A stretch of DNA of 64,000 nucleotides from Candidatus Multivorans sp. (GTDB lineage Bacteria; Acidobacteriota; Thermoanaerobaculia; Multivoradales; Multivoraceae), in NCBI GenBank assembly GCA_965224025.1, contig OZ245033.1, forward strand, positions 2,624,001 to 2,688,000. The letters run 5' to 3'. The position numbers and the translations under genes are program-made. Of this stretch, positions 38,352-48,863 are shown piece by piece. How positions within the stretch are numbered: the first letter of the stretch is position 1; each line of letters begins with the position of its first letter. Below the pieces are notes generated by a model, which had not been told where the DNA came from, searched no databases, and worked only from the letters and a program-made list of their open reading frames with translations.

Positions 38352-39511
38352 TAGCGCTGCGGCGCCAGCTCTCGCAGGCACTCTGCCAGCAGTTCGACCC
38401 CTTCGCGGATCCTGGCGACGGAGGGGCAGGCGTAGGCCAGACGCAGGAACGGCACGTCCTCGCGCCCCGCATGGTAGGCGGCGCCGTGGCCGTATTCGAG
38501 GCCGCGCCGCTCGCCGAGCGCAAAGAGCGCCTTGCGGTCCACTTCCTCCGGCAGGCCGACCCACAGGAACATGGCGCCGGCAGGCTTGCGCCAGGTGCAG
38601 ACGCCGCCGAGCTCCTCGGCGAGCGCGGCCAGCAATGCGTCACGCTTCGGCAGCAGGGCGGCGTTGTTGCGCTCGATCTGAGCCGGCAGGCGGCCGCGCA
38701 GCAGTTCCGCAACGATGCTCGAGGACAACGTGCTCTGGCCGGCATCGAAGCGCCGATCGAGAAACCGCTGTTGGAGCGGCTGCCTGGCCAGGAAGTAGCC
38801 GATCCGGACTCCGGCGCCGAGGATCTTGGACAGCGACCCGATGTAGACGACTCCTTGGCCGCCGGCCAGGCTGTAGAGCGACTGCGGCGGGCGCGGCGCG
38901 TCGTCGTAGTGGACGTCGGCGTAGCAGTTGTCCTCAACCAGAAGGACCTCGAACTCGCGCGCCGCTTCGATCATCTCGAGGCGCCGCTCGCGCGGCATCA
39001 CGGCGCCGGTCGGGTTGTGGTAGGTCGGCAGGGTGTAGATGAAACGCGGCTTCCTGCCGTCCGCGGCCAGGCTCCCCAGCGTTCGGCGCAGTTCGCCGAT
39101 ATCCATGCCCTGCTCGTCCGTCGGCACGCCGACCAGGCGGTAGCCGAGCCCCCGGTAGGCGCCGAGGGTGCCCGAGTAGGTCGTCTCCTCCGTGATCACG
39201 ATGTCGTCCGGCTCTTCCATCAGCGCCCTGCCCACCAGCGTCACCGCCTGCATGGAGCCGTTGGTCAGCGCGACCTCGTCGGGGTCGTACTCCACGCTTT
39301 CGCGGTCCGCTTCGCGCCGGGCAAGCACTTCCCGCAGACCGGGATGGCCGAGATCACCAGGGTAGAAAGCGAAGTTCTTCCCGATGTCGAGAATCGCGCG
39401 TCCGGCCGCCTCGGCCATCTCGGCGGCCGGGAACGCTTCGGGCGCCGTCATGCCGACCCGCATCGGAATCGGGTTCGCAGGCGGGCCACTCGAGTCTGGA
39501 GCGCCGGTCAT
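38351..39511 (-). CDS. PLP-dependent aminotransferase class I/II (MocR/ARO8-like)
   Basis: TNGSMQA, HNPTG, EDNCY and GSLSKILGAGVRIG. Confidence 0.92.
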   Translation of the reverse strand: MTGAPDSSGPPANPIPMRVGMTAPEAFPAAEMAEAAGRAILDIGKNFAFYPGDLGHPGLREVLARREADRESVEYDPDEVALTNGSMQAVTLVGRALMEEPDDIVITEETTYSGTLGAYRGLGYRLVGVPTDEQGMDIGELRRTLGSLAADGRKPRFIYTLPTYHNPTGAVMPRERRLEMIEAAREFEVLLVEDNCYADVHYDDAPRPPQSLYSLAGGQGVVYIGSLSKILGAGVRIGYFLARQPLQQRFLDRRFDAGQSTLSSSIVAELLRGRLPAQIERNNAALLPKRDALLAALAEELGGVCTWRKPAGAMFLWVGLPEEVDRKALFALGERRGLEYGHGAAYHAGREDVPFLRLAYACPSVARIREGVELLAECLRELAPQR

Positions 39512-39591
39512 CGCGGCGGGGACTGTAGCAGCGCCGGGCGGGCTGTTACCCTCTGCCGCCTCACAACCGACAACACTGGGGGAATCGGACG

Positions 39592-40359
39592 ATGAAGGAC
39601 CTCTTCGACCTCACCGGCAGGGTGAGCGTCATCACCGGATCGACGAAGGGCATCGGCAAGGCGATGGCCGAAGGCCTGGCTGCCTTCGGCTCGAAGGTCG
39701 TCATCTCGAGCCGCAAGGCGGATGCCTGCGAAGCGGTTGCGGCCGCGATCAACGAGAGCGGCGGCGAGGCGATGGCGCACCCCTGCCACGTCGGTCACAA
39801 GGATCAGTTGGAACGCCTGGTTGCGGCGACCCGGGAGCGCTGGGGGAAGATCGACAACCTGGTCGTCAACGCCGCGGTCAATCCGTACTTCGGTTCGAGC
39901 CTGGGCATTCCGGACTCCGCGTTCGACAAGGTGATGGAGGTCAACATCAAGAGCGTCCACTGGCTGTGCCAGATGGTGATTCCCGACATGCGGGAGCGCA
40001 AGGACGGGTCGATCATCATCGTGTCCTCGGTCGGCGGCTTCCGCGGCAGCTCGATGCTCGGCGCCTATGCGATCTCCAAGGCCGCGGACATGCAGCTCGC
40101 GCGGAACCTGGCGGCCGAGTTCGGTCCCGACAACATCCGCGTCAACGCCGTGTGCCCCGGCCTGGTCAAGACGGACTTCGCCCGCGCGCTTTGGGAGGAC
40201 CCGGAGCGGGAGCAGGCGGTCGCCGCGAGAACTCCGCTCCGGCGCCTCGGCGAGCCGGAAGACTGCGCCGGGATCGCGGTCTATCTCGCGTCGCGCGCGG
40301 GTTCGTGGACCACGGGCCAGACCTTCACCGTCGACGGCGGGGTCGTGGGCTGCGGTTGA
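39592..40359 (+). CDS. SDR family oxidoreductase
   Basis: TGSTKGIG, NAA, YAISK and VDGG. Confidence 0.95.
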   Translation: MKDLFDLTGRVSVITGSTKGIGKAMAEGLAAFGSKVVISSRKADACEAVAAAINESGGEAMAHPCHVGHKDQLERLVAATRERWGKIDNLVVNAAVNPYFGSSLGIPDSAFDKVMEVNIKSVHWLCQMVIPDMRERKDGSIIIVSSVGGFRGSSMLGAYAISKAADMQLARNLAAEFGPDNIRVNAVCPGLVKTDFARALWEDPEREQAVAARTPLRRLGEPEDCAGIAVYLASRAGSWTTGQTFTVDGGVVGCG

Positions 40360-41777
40360 TCTCGTTCCCCGCGGCGCTGCTGCTCGCCGCCGGTGCGGTG
40401 GCCGCCCAAACGGCCGCCGAGCCCGCCGGCGCGGTGTTCCTCGCCAGCGGCGCCCGGGTCGGAGAAGTGACCGCGACGTCGGCCGTCGTCTGGACCCGGA
40501 CAACGGCCGAACCGCAGCGGCGTGCAGGAGAGGAGATCTCCGGCCGACCGGTCGTGACGCTCGAGCCCGCTGTCGACGTGTCGACGCTCGAAGGAGCGGT
40601 CCCCGGGGCGCCGGGCGAGGTCCGGGCGACCGTGAGGCGCCGGGATGGAAGTGGTGAAGTGCGGCTCGTCGACTGGCGGCCGACCGAGCTCGCTCGCGAC
40701 TTCACCCGTCAGATTCTGCTCGACGACCTGGCCGCCGATACCTCGTATCTCGTCACGGTCGAGGCACGGCCGGCGGCGGATTCCGAAGCGACGGCCCTTG
40801 ACGCCGTGGCGTTCCGCACCGCGCCGCGGCCGGACCAGCGGCGTCCGGTTCGCTTCGCCGCGATGACCTGCCAGCACTACGGGCGCCGCGACCGCACGGA
40901 CGGCTTCCAGATCTACTCGTCGATGGCCGCCGGCGGGCCGGACTTCTACCTGTCCATCGGCGACAACGTGTACTACGACAACGAGTCCCCGCGCGTCACC
41001 TCCGTGGAGTTGGCGCGCTACCACTGGCAGCGGATGTTCACCCTTCCGGCGGTGGCCACCTTCCTGCGTTCGGTGCCCGGCTACTGGCTCAAGGACGATC
41101 ACGACCTGCTGCGGAACGACTCCTGGCCCGGGATCGAACCGGGCATCTCCGCGCCGATGACGTTCGAGGAGGGGCTGGCGGTGTTCGCGGAACAGACGCC
41201 GGCACCCGAACGTCCCTACCGTACCGTCCGCTGGGGCAAGGGGCTGCAACTCTGGCTGGTCGAGGGCCGTGACTTCCGTTCGCCCAACGACATGCCGGAC
41301 GGCCCCGGCAAGACGATCTGGGGCGCCGAACAGCGGCGGTGGCTGCGGGAATCCCTGCTTGCAAGCGACGCGGACTGGAAGATCCTCGTCTCACCGACGC
41401 CGATCGTCGGCCCGGACCGGGGCAACAAGGCGGACAACCACGCCAACGCCGCCTTCAGCCATGAGGGCGACGCGGTCCGCGAGTGGGTCCAGGCGAACAT
41501 GGACGACCGATTCCTGGTCATCGTCGGCGACCGGCACTGGCAGTACCACTCGGTCCATCCGGGGACTGGCCTCGACGAGTTCTCCGTCGGCCCGGCCAGC
41601 GATGCCCATGCCGGCGGCACGCCCGGCGAGGATCCCGACTACCACCGCTTCCACCGCGTCGGCGGCGGCTTTCTCAGCGTCGACGTCGACTGGGTCGGCG
41701 ACCGCCCGCGCATCGTGCTGCGGCACCGGGATGCGTTCGGCCGGATGGTCTACGAGGTCGAGCGTCTCGGTTCGTAG
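40356..41777 (+). CDS. phoD: Alkaline phosphatase D family protein
   Basis: TTGA overlap, signal peptide, GDNVYYD, DDHD, GRDFRS and GDRHW. Confidence 0.85.
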   Translation: MISFPAALLLAAGAVAAQTAAEPAGAVFLASGARVGEVTATSAVVWTRTTAEPQRRAGEEISGRPVVTLEPAVDVSTLEGAVPGAPGEVRATVRRRDGSGEVRLVDWRPTELARDFTRQILLDDLAADTSYLVTVEARPAADSEATALDAVAFRTAPRPDQRRPVRFAAMTCQHYGRRDRTDGFQIYSSMAAGGPDFYLSIGDNVYYDNESPRVTSVELARYHWQRMFTLPAVATFLRSVPGYWLKDDHDLLRNDSWPGIEPGISAPMTFEEGLAVFAEQTPAPERPYRTVRWGKGLQLWLVEGRDFRSPNDMPDGPGKTIWGAEQRRWLRESLLASDADWKILVSPTPIVGPDRGNKADNHANAAFSHEGDAVREWVQANMDDRFLVIVGDRHWQYHSVHPGTGLDEFSVGPASDAHAGGTPGEDPDYHRFHRVGGGFLSVDVDWVGDRPRIVLRHRDAFGRMVYEVERLGS

Positions 41778-41800
41778 GGGCTGAGCGCTGGCGTCAGCCC
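41778..41800. terminator. Hairpin between convergent phoD and mntA
   Basis: GGGCTGA-N9-TCAGCCC; no clear U-tract. Confidence 0.35.
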
Positions 41801-41822
41801 TCCGGCTGGACTCGGCCTGGGC

Positions 41823-42278
41823 TCACGGCTGGCGGTTCCTGTTCGCGTAGCGGCGCGCGGCGGCCTGTTTCTTCAGTTGCGGGATGAAGTCGAAGTAGCG
41901 CGAGAGAGCGTAGCCGGCGCGGGTGGTCGTGGCCCTCGGGTCGCGCGTCACCAGCAGTTTGCCGTCGCGCAGGACGCGGTGGTAGAGCAGGGGCGGCGCC
42001 CGGTTCAGCAGGACGACGTCGATGTCGTTCGTTCCCAGCTCGGTCATGAGGTCGGTGATGAGTTTCGCGTCGTAGCCGTACGGGCCCGGCTCGGCGAGGT
42101 CTTCGTCGATGAACACGGCGACGTCGATGTCGCTCAGGGCGCCCGCGTCTCCGCGCGCCCGCGAACCGAAGAGGTAGGCGTCGAGGATCTCGGGCCGGGG
42201 CTCCAGGGCGCGGGTCAGCCGGGCCTGAAGATCCGTGCCCTCGGTGCTCGTTCTTCCGGATTGCGCCTTGCCCATCAT
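41823..42278 (-). CDS. mntA: MNT-family adenylyltransferase antitoxin (type VII TA)
   Basis: YLFGSRARG...SDIDVAV (GSX10DXD), IDVVLLNRAPPLL and YFDF. Confidence 0.85.
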   Translation of the reverse strand: MMGKAQSGRTSTEGTDLQARLTRALEPRPEILDAYLFGSRARGDAGALSDIDVAVFIDEDLAEPGPYGYDAKLITDLMTELGTNDIDVVLLNRAPPLLYHRVLRDGKLLVTRDPRATTTRAGYALSRYFDFIPQLKKQAAARRYANRNRQP

Positions 42279-42399
42279 CGGTAGTTGCAGAAAGTGGGTT
42301 TCGCGACTCTGCCTGGACGTATCGTACAGCCGACGCGAAGTGCCAGCCCGCTGAAGCCGGTCGACTGCTAGCGTCCGCTGCTCTGGTCCAACGAGGACG

Positions 42400-43227
42400 T
42401 CAGATCGTCGCCTTCGGCACGGCCAGCCCCGCCACCGGCGCCCGGGTCCGGAAGATCGAGCCGCTGCTCGCCGGATCGTCCGGGTCGCCGGCGGTGACGA
42501 CGTAGAGGTCTCGCCGGTCGCTGCCGCCGAAACAGACGCTAGTGATGTTCTTCGCCGGAACTTCCAGGTGGCTCACGATCCGGCCTTCGGCGTCGAAGCG
42601 GGTGACGCAGCCTCCGGCGAAGCAGGCGACCCAGAGGCAGCCCTCTTCGTCGACGGCGAGGCCGTCGGGGCGGCCCCGATCCGGCGAGGCGAGCGGCCCG
42701 CGGTTGCCGCATTGGCCGTCTTCCATCACGTCGTGGGCGACCACGTGGTTGCGGGCGGTGTCGGCATGGTAGAGCGTCCGGCCGTCCGGCGAGAAGCCGA
42801 TGCCGTTGGTCAGGCTGATGTCGCCGTAGAGTTCGGTCGCATTGCCCTCGGACTCGATTCGCCAGCACTCGCCGGGAGTGCGCTCCTTGGCTCCCGTGAA
42901 CGGGCTCGTGCGCATCGTTCCGCAGATGACCCGGCCCTGGGGGTCGACGAACAGGTCGTTGAAGCCGGGCGTGTCCGGCGGGTCGAAGAGGACGCGCGTG
43001 ACGCCGTCCCGAACGTGGCAGATGTTGCGGCCCGAGCAGACGACGCCGCCGTCGGCATGGAGCGCGATGCCTCCTACGCCGCGACGCTTGGGCACGACCG
43101 TTTCGATCTTGCCGTTCGGGCTGCGCCGGTAGACGCCGCCGTTGTGGACGTCGCTGAAGTAGAGGCGGTCCGCGGAGTCGACGCGGGGTCCTTCGATCAG
43201 TGTGTAGCCGGACGCGAGGAGCTCCAT
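42400..43227 (-). CDS. SMP-30/gluconolactonase/LRE family protein
   Basis: EGP, FND..VD..GR, NGIGFSPDG, PDGLAVD and TSVCFGG. Confidence 0.93.
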   Translation of the reverse strand: MELLASGYTLIEGPRVDSADRLYFSDVHNGGVYRRSPNGKIETVVPKRRGVGGIALHADGGVVCSGRNICHVRDGVTRVLFDPPDTPGFNDLFVDPQGRVICGTMRTSPFTGAKERTPGECWRIESEGNATELYGDISLTNGIGFSPDGRTLYHADTARNHVVAHDVMEDGQCGNRGPLASPDRGRPDGLAVDEEGCLWVACFAGGCVTRFDAEGRIVSHLEVPAKNITSVCFGGSDRRDLYVVTAGDPDDPASSGSIFRTRAPVAGLAVPKATI

Positions 43228-43249
43228 GGGGCGCGGACTGTAGCAGCGC

Positions 43250-44728
43250 TCATCGCCAGCGAATTCCCAGCCAGGCGGCGGGGTGGAGGAAGATCAGCAC
43301 GGTGACGATCTCGAGCCGGCCGATCCACATGTTGAGCGCCAGGTAGACCTTGATCGGATCGGAGAAGTGGGCGTAGTTGCTGAACGGTCCGACGTTTCCC
43401 AGGCCCGGGCCGATGTTGCCGAGGGTGGCGATGCTGGCGGTCACTGCGGTCGGCATGTCCGTACCGGCCAGTCCGACGACGCCGACGCTCGCGGCGAACA
43501 GCACGAGGTAGAGCAGCAGAAAGGACACGACGGCGTGGATCACGTCGTCGGGCACTCTCCGGCCGTCCAGGCGCAGCGGCCGCACCGCCCGCGGGAAAAT
43601 GGTCTGGAAGAGCTCGAGCAGCGTCGACTTCGCGATCAGCCATACCCGCACCAGCTTGGGGCCTCCGGCCGCGGAGCCGCCGCAGCCGCCGCAGAACATG
43701 AGCAGCAGCAGGATGGTCTGGCTTCCCTGCGCCCACAGCGTAAAATCCTCGGTCGCGAATCCGGTTGTCGTCATGATCGCGAGCGCCTGGAAGCCGGCGC
43801 GCCGCAGCGTGTCCTCCGACAGTGCGTCGGTCGCGATCCACTCCCACAGCGGCACCTCGTCGCTCTTGAGGGTGCAGGCCAGAAGCAGGGTCGCGGCGAC
43901 GACGATCAGGAGGTAGAGCCGGAACTCCTCGCTTCGCAGCAGGGTCAGCGGGCGGCCGCGGATGGCCTGGAACTGGAAGGCGTAGTTCGTTCCGGCGAGG
44001 AGCATGAAGGCGATCACGGTCCACTCGATCAGGCTGCTGCCGTAGCCGCCGATGCTGCTCGGATGAGGCGAGAACCCTCCCGCCGACACGGTGCTCAGGG
44101 AGTTGCAGATGGCGTCGAAGGGCGGCATGCCGAAGCGGATCAGGAGGCCGGTTTCGAGAGCGGTCAGGCCGACGTAGAGCGTGTACAGGTAGAGCGCCGT
44201 GTTGCGGATGCGGGGTGTGAGGCGCTCCTCCGTGGGCCCGGGTGCCTCGGCGAAGAACATCTGGCGGCCGGCGATGCGGAGCGCGGGCAGCACGGCGATG
44301 AAGAGGGCGATGATGCCCATGCTGCCCACCCACTCGCTCAGGCTGCGCCACAGGAAGATGCCTTCACTCACCGCGTCGAAGTCGGTGAGGATCGTGGCGC
44401 CGGTGCCGGTCAGGCCCGACATCGACTCGAAGAGCGCGTTGGCGGGGGCGAAGCCGTTCGCGGAGTAGGGGATGGCGCCGATCAGCACGAGCAGGAGCCA
44501 GGCCACGGCCACGGTCGCCAGCCCTTCCATCCGCCGCATCTCGAGTCCCCGGCCGGGCAGCAGCCGGGAAGCCAGACCCAGAAGGACGGCGAGTCCGGCG
44601 GCGGCGAGGAAGGCCAGGGCGCTGCGCCGATGCCCGTAGGCGGCCTCGACCGCCGACGGCGCCAGCAGGACCGCGCCGAAACAGCCGACCAGCGCCAGGG
44701 TCGTGCGGAGAACGAGCGAGACGCGCAT
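43250..44728 (-). CDS. trkH: Trk potassium uptake membrane protein
   Basis: FESMSGLTGTG, GGFS, TTTGF, GGCGGSAAGG, LGNIGPG and GRLE. Confidence 0.93.
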   Translation of the reverse strand: MRVSLVLRTTLALVGCFGAVLLAPSAVEAAYGHRRSALAFLAAAGLAVLLGLASRLLPGRGLEMRRMEGLATVAVAWLLLVLIGAIPYSANGFAPANALFESMSGLTGTGATILTDFDAVSEGIFLWRSLSEWVGSMGIIALFIAVLPALRIAGRQMFFAEAPGPTEERLTPRIRNTALYLYTLYVGLTALETGLLIRFGMPPFDAICNSLSTVSAGGFSPHPSSIGGYGSSLIEWTVIAFMLLAGTNYAFQFQAIRGRPLTLLRSEEFRLYLLIVVAATLLLACTLKSDEVPLWEWIATDALSEDTLRRAGFQALAIMTTTGFATEDFTLWAQGSQTILLLLMFCGGCGGSAAGGPKLVRVWLIAKSTLLELFQTIFPRAVRPLRLDGRRVPDDVIHAVVSFLLLYLVLFAASVGVVGLAGTDMPTAVTASIATLGNIGPGLGNVGPFSNYAHFSDPIKVYLALNMWIGRLEIVTVLIFLHPAAWLGIRWR

Positions 44729-44739
44729 CGCCGGCGGCC

Positions 44740-46092
44740 TCAGTCGGCTTCGGGCGCCAGTCCGAAGGCCGGGCCCACGGTGTCGGCGGCCTCCGCCGTG
44801 GCGACGACCAGCAGACGGTCGCCGGGGCGCACTTCGTCGCCTCCACCGGGCACGATCGTGTTGTATTGCCGCAGCACGGCGCCGACGATGACGCCGGTAG
44901 GCATGTCCATCTCGCGCAGGCGCCGAGCCTCGAAATCCGGCGGAATGGCGACTTCGACCACTTCGGCCCGGCCGTCCTCGAGTGTGGCGCGGTACTCCAG
45001 GCGCGGCGCGTGGATCTGGTGCAGGACCTCGGCGATCGCGGCTGCGCGGGCGTTCAGCGTCACGTCGATGCCGACCCGCTCGAACAGTGCGCTGCTCGTG
45101 TCGTGGCTGACGCCGGTGACGACCTTCGGGATCCCGAGTTGTTTGGCGATCAGGGAGCAGAGCAGGTTCGTCTGATCGTCACCGGCCATGGCGACCAGAG
45201 CGTCGCTGCGCGCGACGCCGACTTCCTCCAGCACCCTCAGGTCCGTGCCGTCGCCGCAGAAGACGATCGCCCTGCCCACCTGTCCGGCGATGTCCTCGCA
45301 ACGACGCCGCGAGACCTCGATGACCCGGACTTCGGGCCAGAGGCCCCGCGTCAGTTCCTGGGCCAGGAGCCTGCCGGTGCGGCCGCCGCCGATGATCGTC
45401 ACGGTGCGCACAACGGTCTCGGGGGCGGCGAAGAATCGCTTCGCGACCTGCCGCAGCGCGGTCCGCCGACCCATGAACAGGACCTTGTCGCCTGCTTCCA
45501 GGCGGTCCTGCCCGCGCGGAACGATCAACTCGCCGTTCCTGACCCGGCTGACGGCCAGGGTGTTCCTGGGCAGGGGCGCGTCGGCCAGGGTCGGTCCGCA
45601 CAGCGGGGAGTCCGCCGGCAGCCGGTACTCCATCAACCAGACCCGGCCGCGGTGGAAGTTCTCCACATCCAGGGCTCGGGGCTCGAGCACGATCCGGGCG
45701 ATCTCCCTGGCCAGCGACCACTGGGGCCAGATCAGGTGGTCGATGACCTCTTCGAGTGTCGTCTGCTCCGGGTCGTTGAAGCTCTCGTGGTGTTCGTCCT
45801 GTGAGATGAAGCAGTAGGTCGTCGCCTTCGACCGGCCGCGGGCCGCGAGGCAGGCGATGATGTTGCGCTCGTCCGAGTCGGCGCAGGCGATGAACGTGTC
45901 CCGGTCTGAGAGACCGACATGCTTCAGCGTGGTGCGGCTGGCCGCCGGGCCGACCGTGATCTGCAGGTCGAGGTTCTCGAACCGGCCGCGGGCCGTCTCG
46001 GTGGGCACGACGACGAAGACATCCTCCTCGCGCGCCAGGGAGGACGCGAGCAGGTAGGCGATGTCCCCGCCTCCGGCGATGACGACTGTCAC
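44740..46092 (-). CDS. trkA: Trk potassium uptake NAD-binding protein
   Basis: Two RCK_N domains (IAGGGDIA and IIGGGRTG), GDGTD and RCK_C domains; upstream of trkH. Confidence 0.9.
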   Translation of the reverse strand: MTVVIAGGGDIAYLLASSLAREEDVFVVVPTETARGRFENLDLQITVGPAASRTTLKHVGLSDRDTFIACADSDERNIIACLAARGRSKATTYCFISQDEHHESFNDPEQTTLEEVIDHLIWPQWSLAREIARIVLEPRALDVENFHRGRVWLMEYRLPADSPLCGPTLADAPLPRNTLAVSRVRNGELIVPRGQDRLEAGDKVLFMGRRTALRQVAKRFFAAPETVVRTVTIIGGGRTGRLLAQELTRGLWPEVRVIEVSRRRCEDIAGQVGRAIVFCGDGTDLRVLEEVGVARSDALVAMAGDDQTNLLCSLIAKQLGIPKVVTGVSHDTSSALFERVGIDVTLNARAAAIAEVLHQIHAPRLEYRATLEDGRAEVVEVAIPPDFEARRLREMDMPTGVIVGAVLRQYNTIVPGGGDEVRPGDRLLVVATAEAADTVGPAFGLAPEAD

Positions 46093-46157
46093 GTTCGGGA
46101 CGATACCGGACCGCGCCCGGGCTCGCAGCCAGACAGGATTCCCGGATGTGCGGCCGG

Positions 46158-47585
46158 TTAGAAGATCCGGGAGAAGCCGCCGCTCTCGCTGCTCAGTCTG
46201 GAGTTCACGACGTTGTTGTAGATCGAGCCGAAGGTGTACCGCAGCTCGATGCCGCCGCGAAACGTGAGGTCGGTCTCCAATTGGCGCCTGGCGACCAGAA
46301 CCTCCGCGTCGGAGGCCCCGCCCTTCGGCAGGTAGATCTGATCCCGGATCCGCGAGACGCCGGCGTAGATGTCGAAGCTCAAACCGCGCAGGATGCGGTA
46401 CTCGATGTCGGTGTTGAACTCGATGCGGCTGCGGTCGAAGTCGTCGATGAAGTGGCTGTACTGGAGATCGATGTGCGCTTCGCCCCAGGGCCTCTGCATT
46501 CCAAAGGCGACGAAGGCGCCCTGGTCCGCGAAGGTCTCGCGCAGCTTGTCGTAGACGGTGATTTCTTCGTAGTCGAGTCGCGTGCCGCCGATGAAGTAGG
46601 CGAACGTGAACTCCCTCTCGGACGACTCGCCGTACGGGAAGATGTTGTACTCGACCGCGGCCGCGGCGCGATAGGAGTTGTCCAGGTTCAGGTAGGTCGA
46701 CCGCCGGCTGCTGGCGCCGACGCCAACTCCCCAGTGGGGCGCCAGGGTGCGGATCACCTGGCCGAAGTAGTTCGTGCTGCGCGAGACGTTCTTGTAGGCG
46801 CCTCCGTCCTCGAACTCGAAGTTGTCTTCGCGGTAGGAGTAGAACACGCCCATGCCCGTGCGCCACATGTCGGTGGTGCGGCCGGCGGAAGCGCTGGCCC
46901 GATACGTCTGCGAGTCTCGCCGATCCTCGGTGCGAAAGTCGGTCTCCATGCGGAGCCGGTAGACCCAGTGGTTCCAGGGGTCGTCTTCCGCGTCGGCGAC
47001 GAGGGTGTTCGGCTCCGGATGGAAGTGATCGCGATGCGGCTCGCCCTGTCCTTCGCCGTTCTTGAAGTCGACGATCAGACCCTCGGCCTGAGGCGTTTCC
47101 AGGACGTAGCGCACGAGGCCGAGTTCCAGGACGCGGGCAAAGCCGCGGCGGCGCTCGTCGTCCGTTTCGATGGAGGCGGACGTGAACAGCAGTCTCTGGG
47201 CGATGCTCTCGAACCGCTCCAGACCGATGAAGTTGAGCGTGTACTCGCGGGAATTGCCGCCGTACTGGCTGGTCACGCGGACGTGAACCTCCGCGTCCTG
47301 ACGGTCGCGAACCCAGTTCACGTAGGTGATCTGGCTGCGCAGGAAGTCGAAATCGCAGCCGCCGTCGCAATCGAGAAAGAGGCGGAGCGCCTCCGTCCCT
47401 TCGGTGGTCTCGAACGCTGGCGCCGGCCCCGCCAGGCCGGTGAGACCAAACAACGCGAGGGCCGGGAAGATCGGGCGCCATGGGCGGCGTTGTCGATCTC
47501 GAGTCGGCGCCGGCAACTCTCCGCCCCGGGGGCCCCGAACGTCGCTATGATGCCGGACGGACTCCCGTGAGTCTCTCGGTGTCAT
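46158..47585 (-). CDS. Putative outer-membrane beta-barrel protein
   Basis: Signal-like hydrophobic segment, LFLDC, DPWNHWV, YTFGSIYNNVVNSR and a terminal F. Start uncertain. Confidence 0.7.
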   Translation of the reverse strand: MTPRDSRESVRHHSDVRGPRGGELPAPTRDRQRRPWRPIFPALALFGLTGLAGPAPAFETTEGTEALRLFLDCDGGCDFDFLRSQITYVNWVRDRQDAEVHVRVTSQYGGNSREYTLNFIGLERFESIAQRLLFTSASIETDDERRRGFARVLELGLVRYVLETPQAEGLIVDFKNGEGQGEPHRDHFHPEPNTLVADAEDDPWNHWVYRLRMETDFRTEDRRDSQTYRASASAGRTTDMWRTGMGVFYSYREDNFEFEDGGAYKNVSRSTNYFGQVIRTLAPHWGVGVGASSRRSTYLNLDNSYRAAAAVEYNIFPYGESSEREFTFAYFIGGTRLDYEEITVYDKLRETFADQGAFVAFGMQRPWGEAHIDLQYSHFIDDFDRSRIEFNTDIEYRILRGLSFDIYAGVSRIRDQIYLPKGGASDAEVLVARRQLETDLTFRGGIELRYTFGSIYNNVVNSRLSSESGGFSRIF

Positions 47586-47730
47586 CGGTGGGGTGGTCTT
47601 GGGCGGCTTGCAGTGAATGTGCAAGAGGCGCGGGTGGGCGACGACGGAAAGTACCACAGCCTAGAGAGAGAGTTTCAAGCGTGAACAACCTCCCGCGAGA
47701 CGAGCCCGCGGACCGGCGGGGAGATTCCCG

Positions 47731-48594
47731 GTGAGCGTCTTCGACTCGGTCGAGTCGGGTGCCGTGCCGGTACGCGAAACAGGTCCTGGGAGCGACCTCT
47801 GGCGGCGCGTGAAGGCCCTGATCAAGTGGCCGTTCTACGTGGTGTACCAGCGCCGGCTCGAGTCCAAGGTGCGGACCTGGCGGCTGCCCCAGCACATTGG
47901 GCTGATCATGGACGGCAACCGCCGCTTTGCGCGCCAGCAGGGTTTCGGCAACGTCAGCGCCGGGCATTTCCGGGGCGCCGAGAAGCTGTGGGAGGTTCTC
48001 AACTGGTGCTACGAGGCGCAGGTCTCGACGGTCACCGTGTGGAGCATGTCGCTCGACAACTTCAATCGCTCCGCGAAGGAAGTGCGGGCCCTGTTCGATC
48101 TCTTCGAGGAGAAGACCCGGGAACTCACGAACCATGACGACGTCCACGAGAAAGGCATCCGGGTGCGCTTTCTGGGGCAGATCGATCTGCTGCCGGAGAG
48201 CCTTCAGACCGCGATCCTCGAGGCGGAGGCGGCAACCAGCGGCTACGACCGCTACCGGTTGAACATCGCGATGGCGTACGGCGGCCGGGAGGAGATCGCG
48301 AGCGCCTTCCGCAACTACCTGCTGGACAACTCGGCCGTCGGAAAGTCGCTCGACGAGGTCGCCGACGACTTCAGCGCCTCGTCGATCGAGCGCTACCTCT
48401 ACACATCCGGCCAACCCGAGCCCGACCTGATCCTCCGCACGAGCGGCGAGGTCCGCTTGAGCGGGTTCCTGCTCTGGCAGAGCACCTATTCCGAGTACTA
48501 CTTCTGCGACACGCACTGGCCCGCTCTGCGCAAGATCGACCTTCTGCGCGCGCTGCGCTCCTACAGCGGCCGCCAGCGTCGCAGAGGACGTTGA
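47731..48594 (+). CDS. uppS: cis-isoprenyl diphosphate synthase (UppS family)
   Basis: HIGLIMDGNRR, AYGGR and PDLILRTSGEVRLSGFLLWQ. May be a short-chain paralog. Confidence 0.9.
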   Translation: MSVFDSVESGAVPVRETGPGSDLWRRVKALIKWPFYVVYQRRLESKVRTWRLPQHIGLIMDGNRRFARQQGFGNVSAGHFRGAEKLWEVLNWCYEAQVSTVTVWSMSLDNFNRSAKEVRALFDLFEEKTRELTNHDDVHEKGIRVRFLGQIDLLPESLQTAILEAEAATSGYDRYRLNIAMAYGGREEIASAFRNYLLDNSAVGKSLDEVADDFSASSIERYLYTSGQPEPDLILRTSGEVRLSGFLLWQSTYSEYYFCDTHWPALRKIDLLRALRSYSGRQRRRGR

Positions 48595-48680
48595 GATTCC
48601 GGGACACAAGACAAACTGGACAGGCGCGGTGGTCGCCCGATCGCTACCTGTGGTCGGAGGTCGTGCCGGCTGGGAGTTGC

Positions 48681-48863
48681 CAAGTGAACAAGACAGCCGA
48701 AGTAGCAGCCTTGTCGAGATCGATGGCTTGGCGCTTGGCTGCGGTTGGAGTGTTTGGGAGTAGCAAGTGAACAAGACAGCCCAGGTAGCAGCCTTGTCGA
48801 GATCGATGGCTTGGCGCTTGGCTGCCGTTGGAGTGTTTGGGAGTAGCAAGTGAACAAGACAGC
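48681..48863 (+). repeat. 83-bp tandem repeat (2 full units plus the start of the M42 gene)
   Basis: CAAGTGAACAAGACAGC at 48681, 48764 and 48847; units 1 and 2 are nearly identical. Confidence 0.95.

Noticed and set aside
48681-48863. CRISPR array
   Set aside because: Whole 83-bp units are near-identical with no unique spacers, and no cas genes are present.
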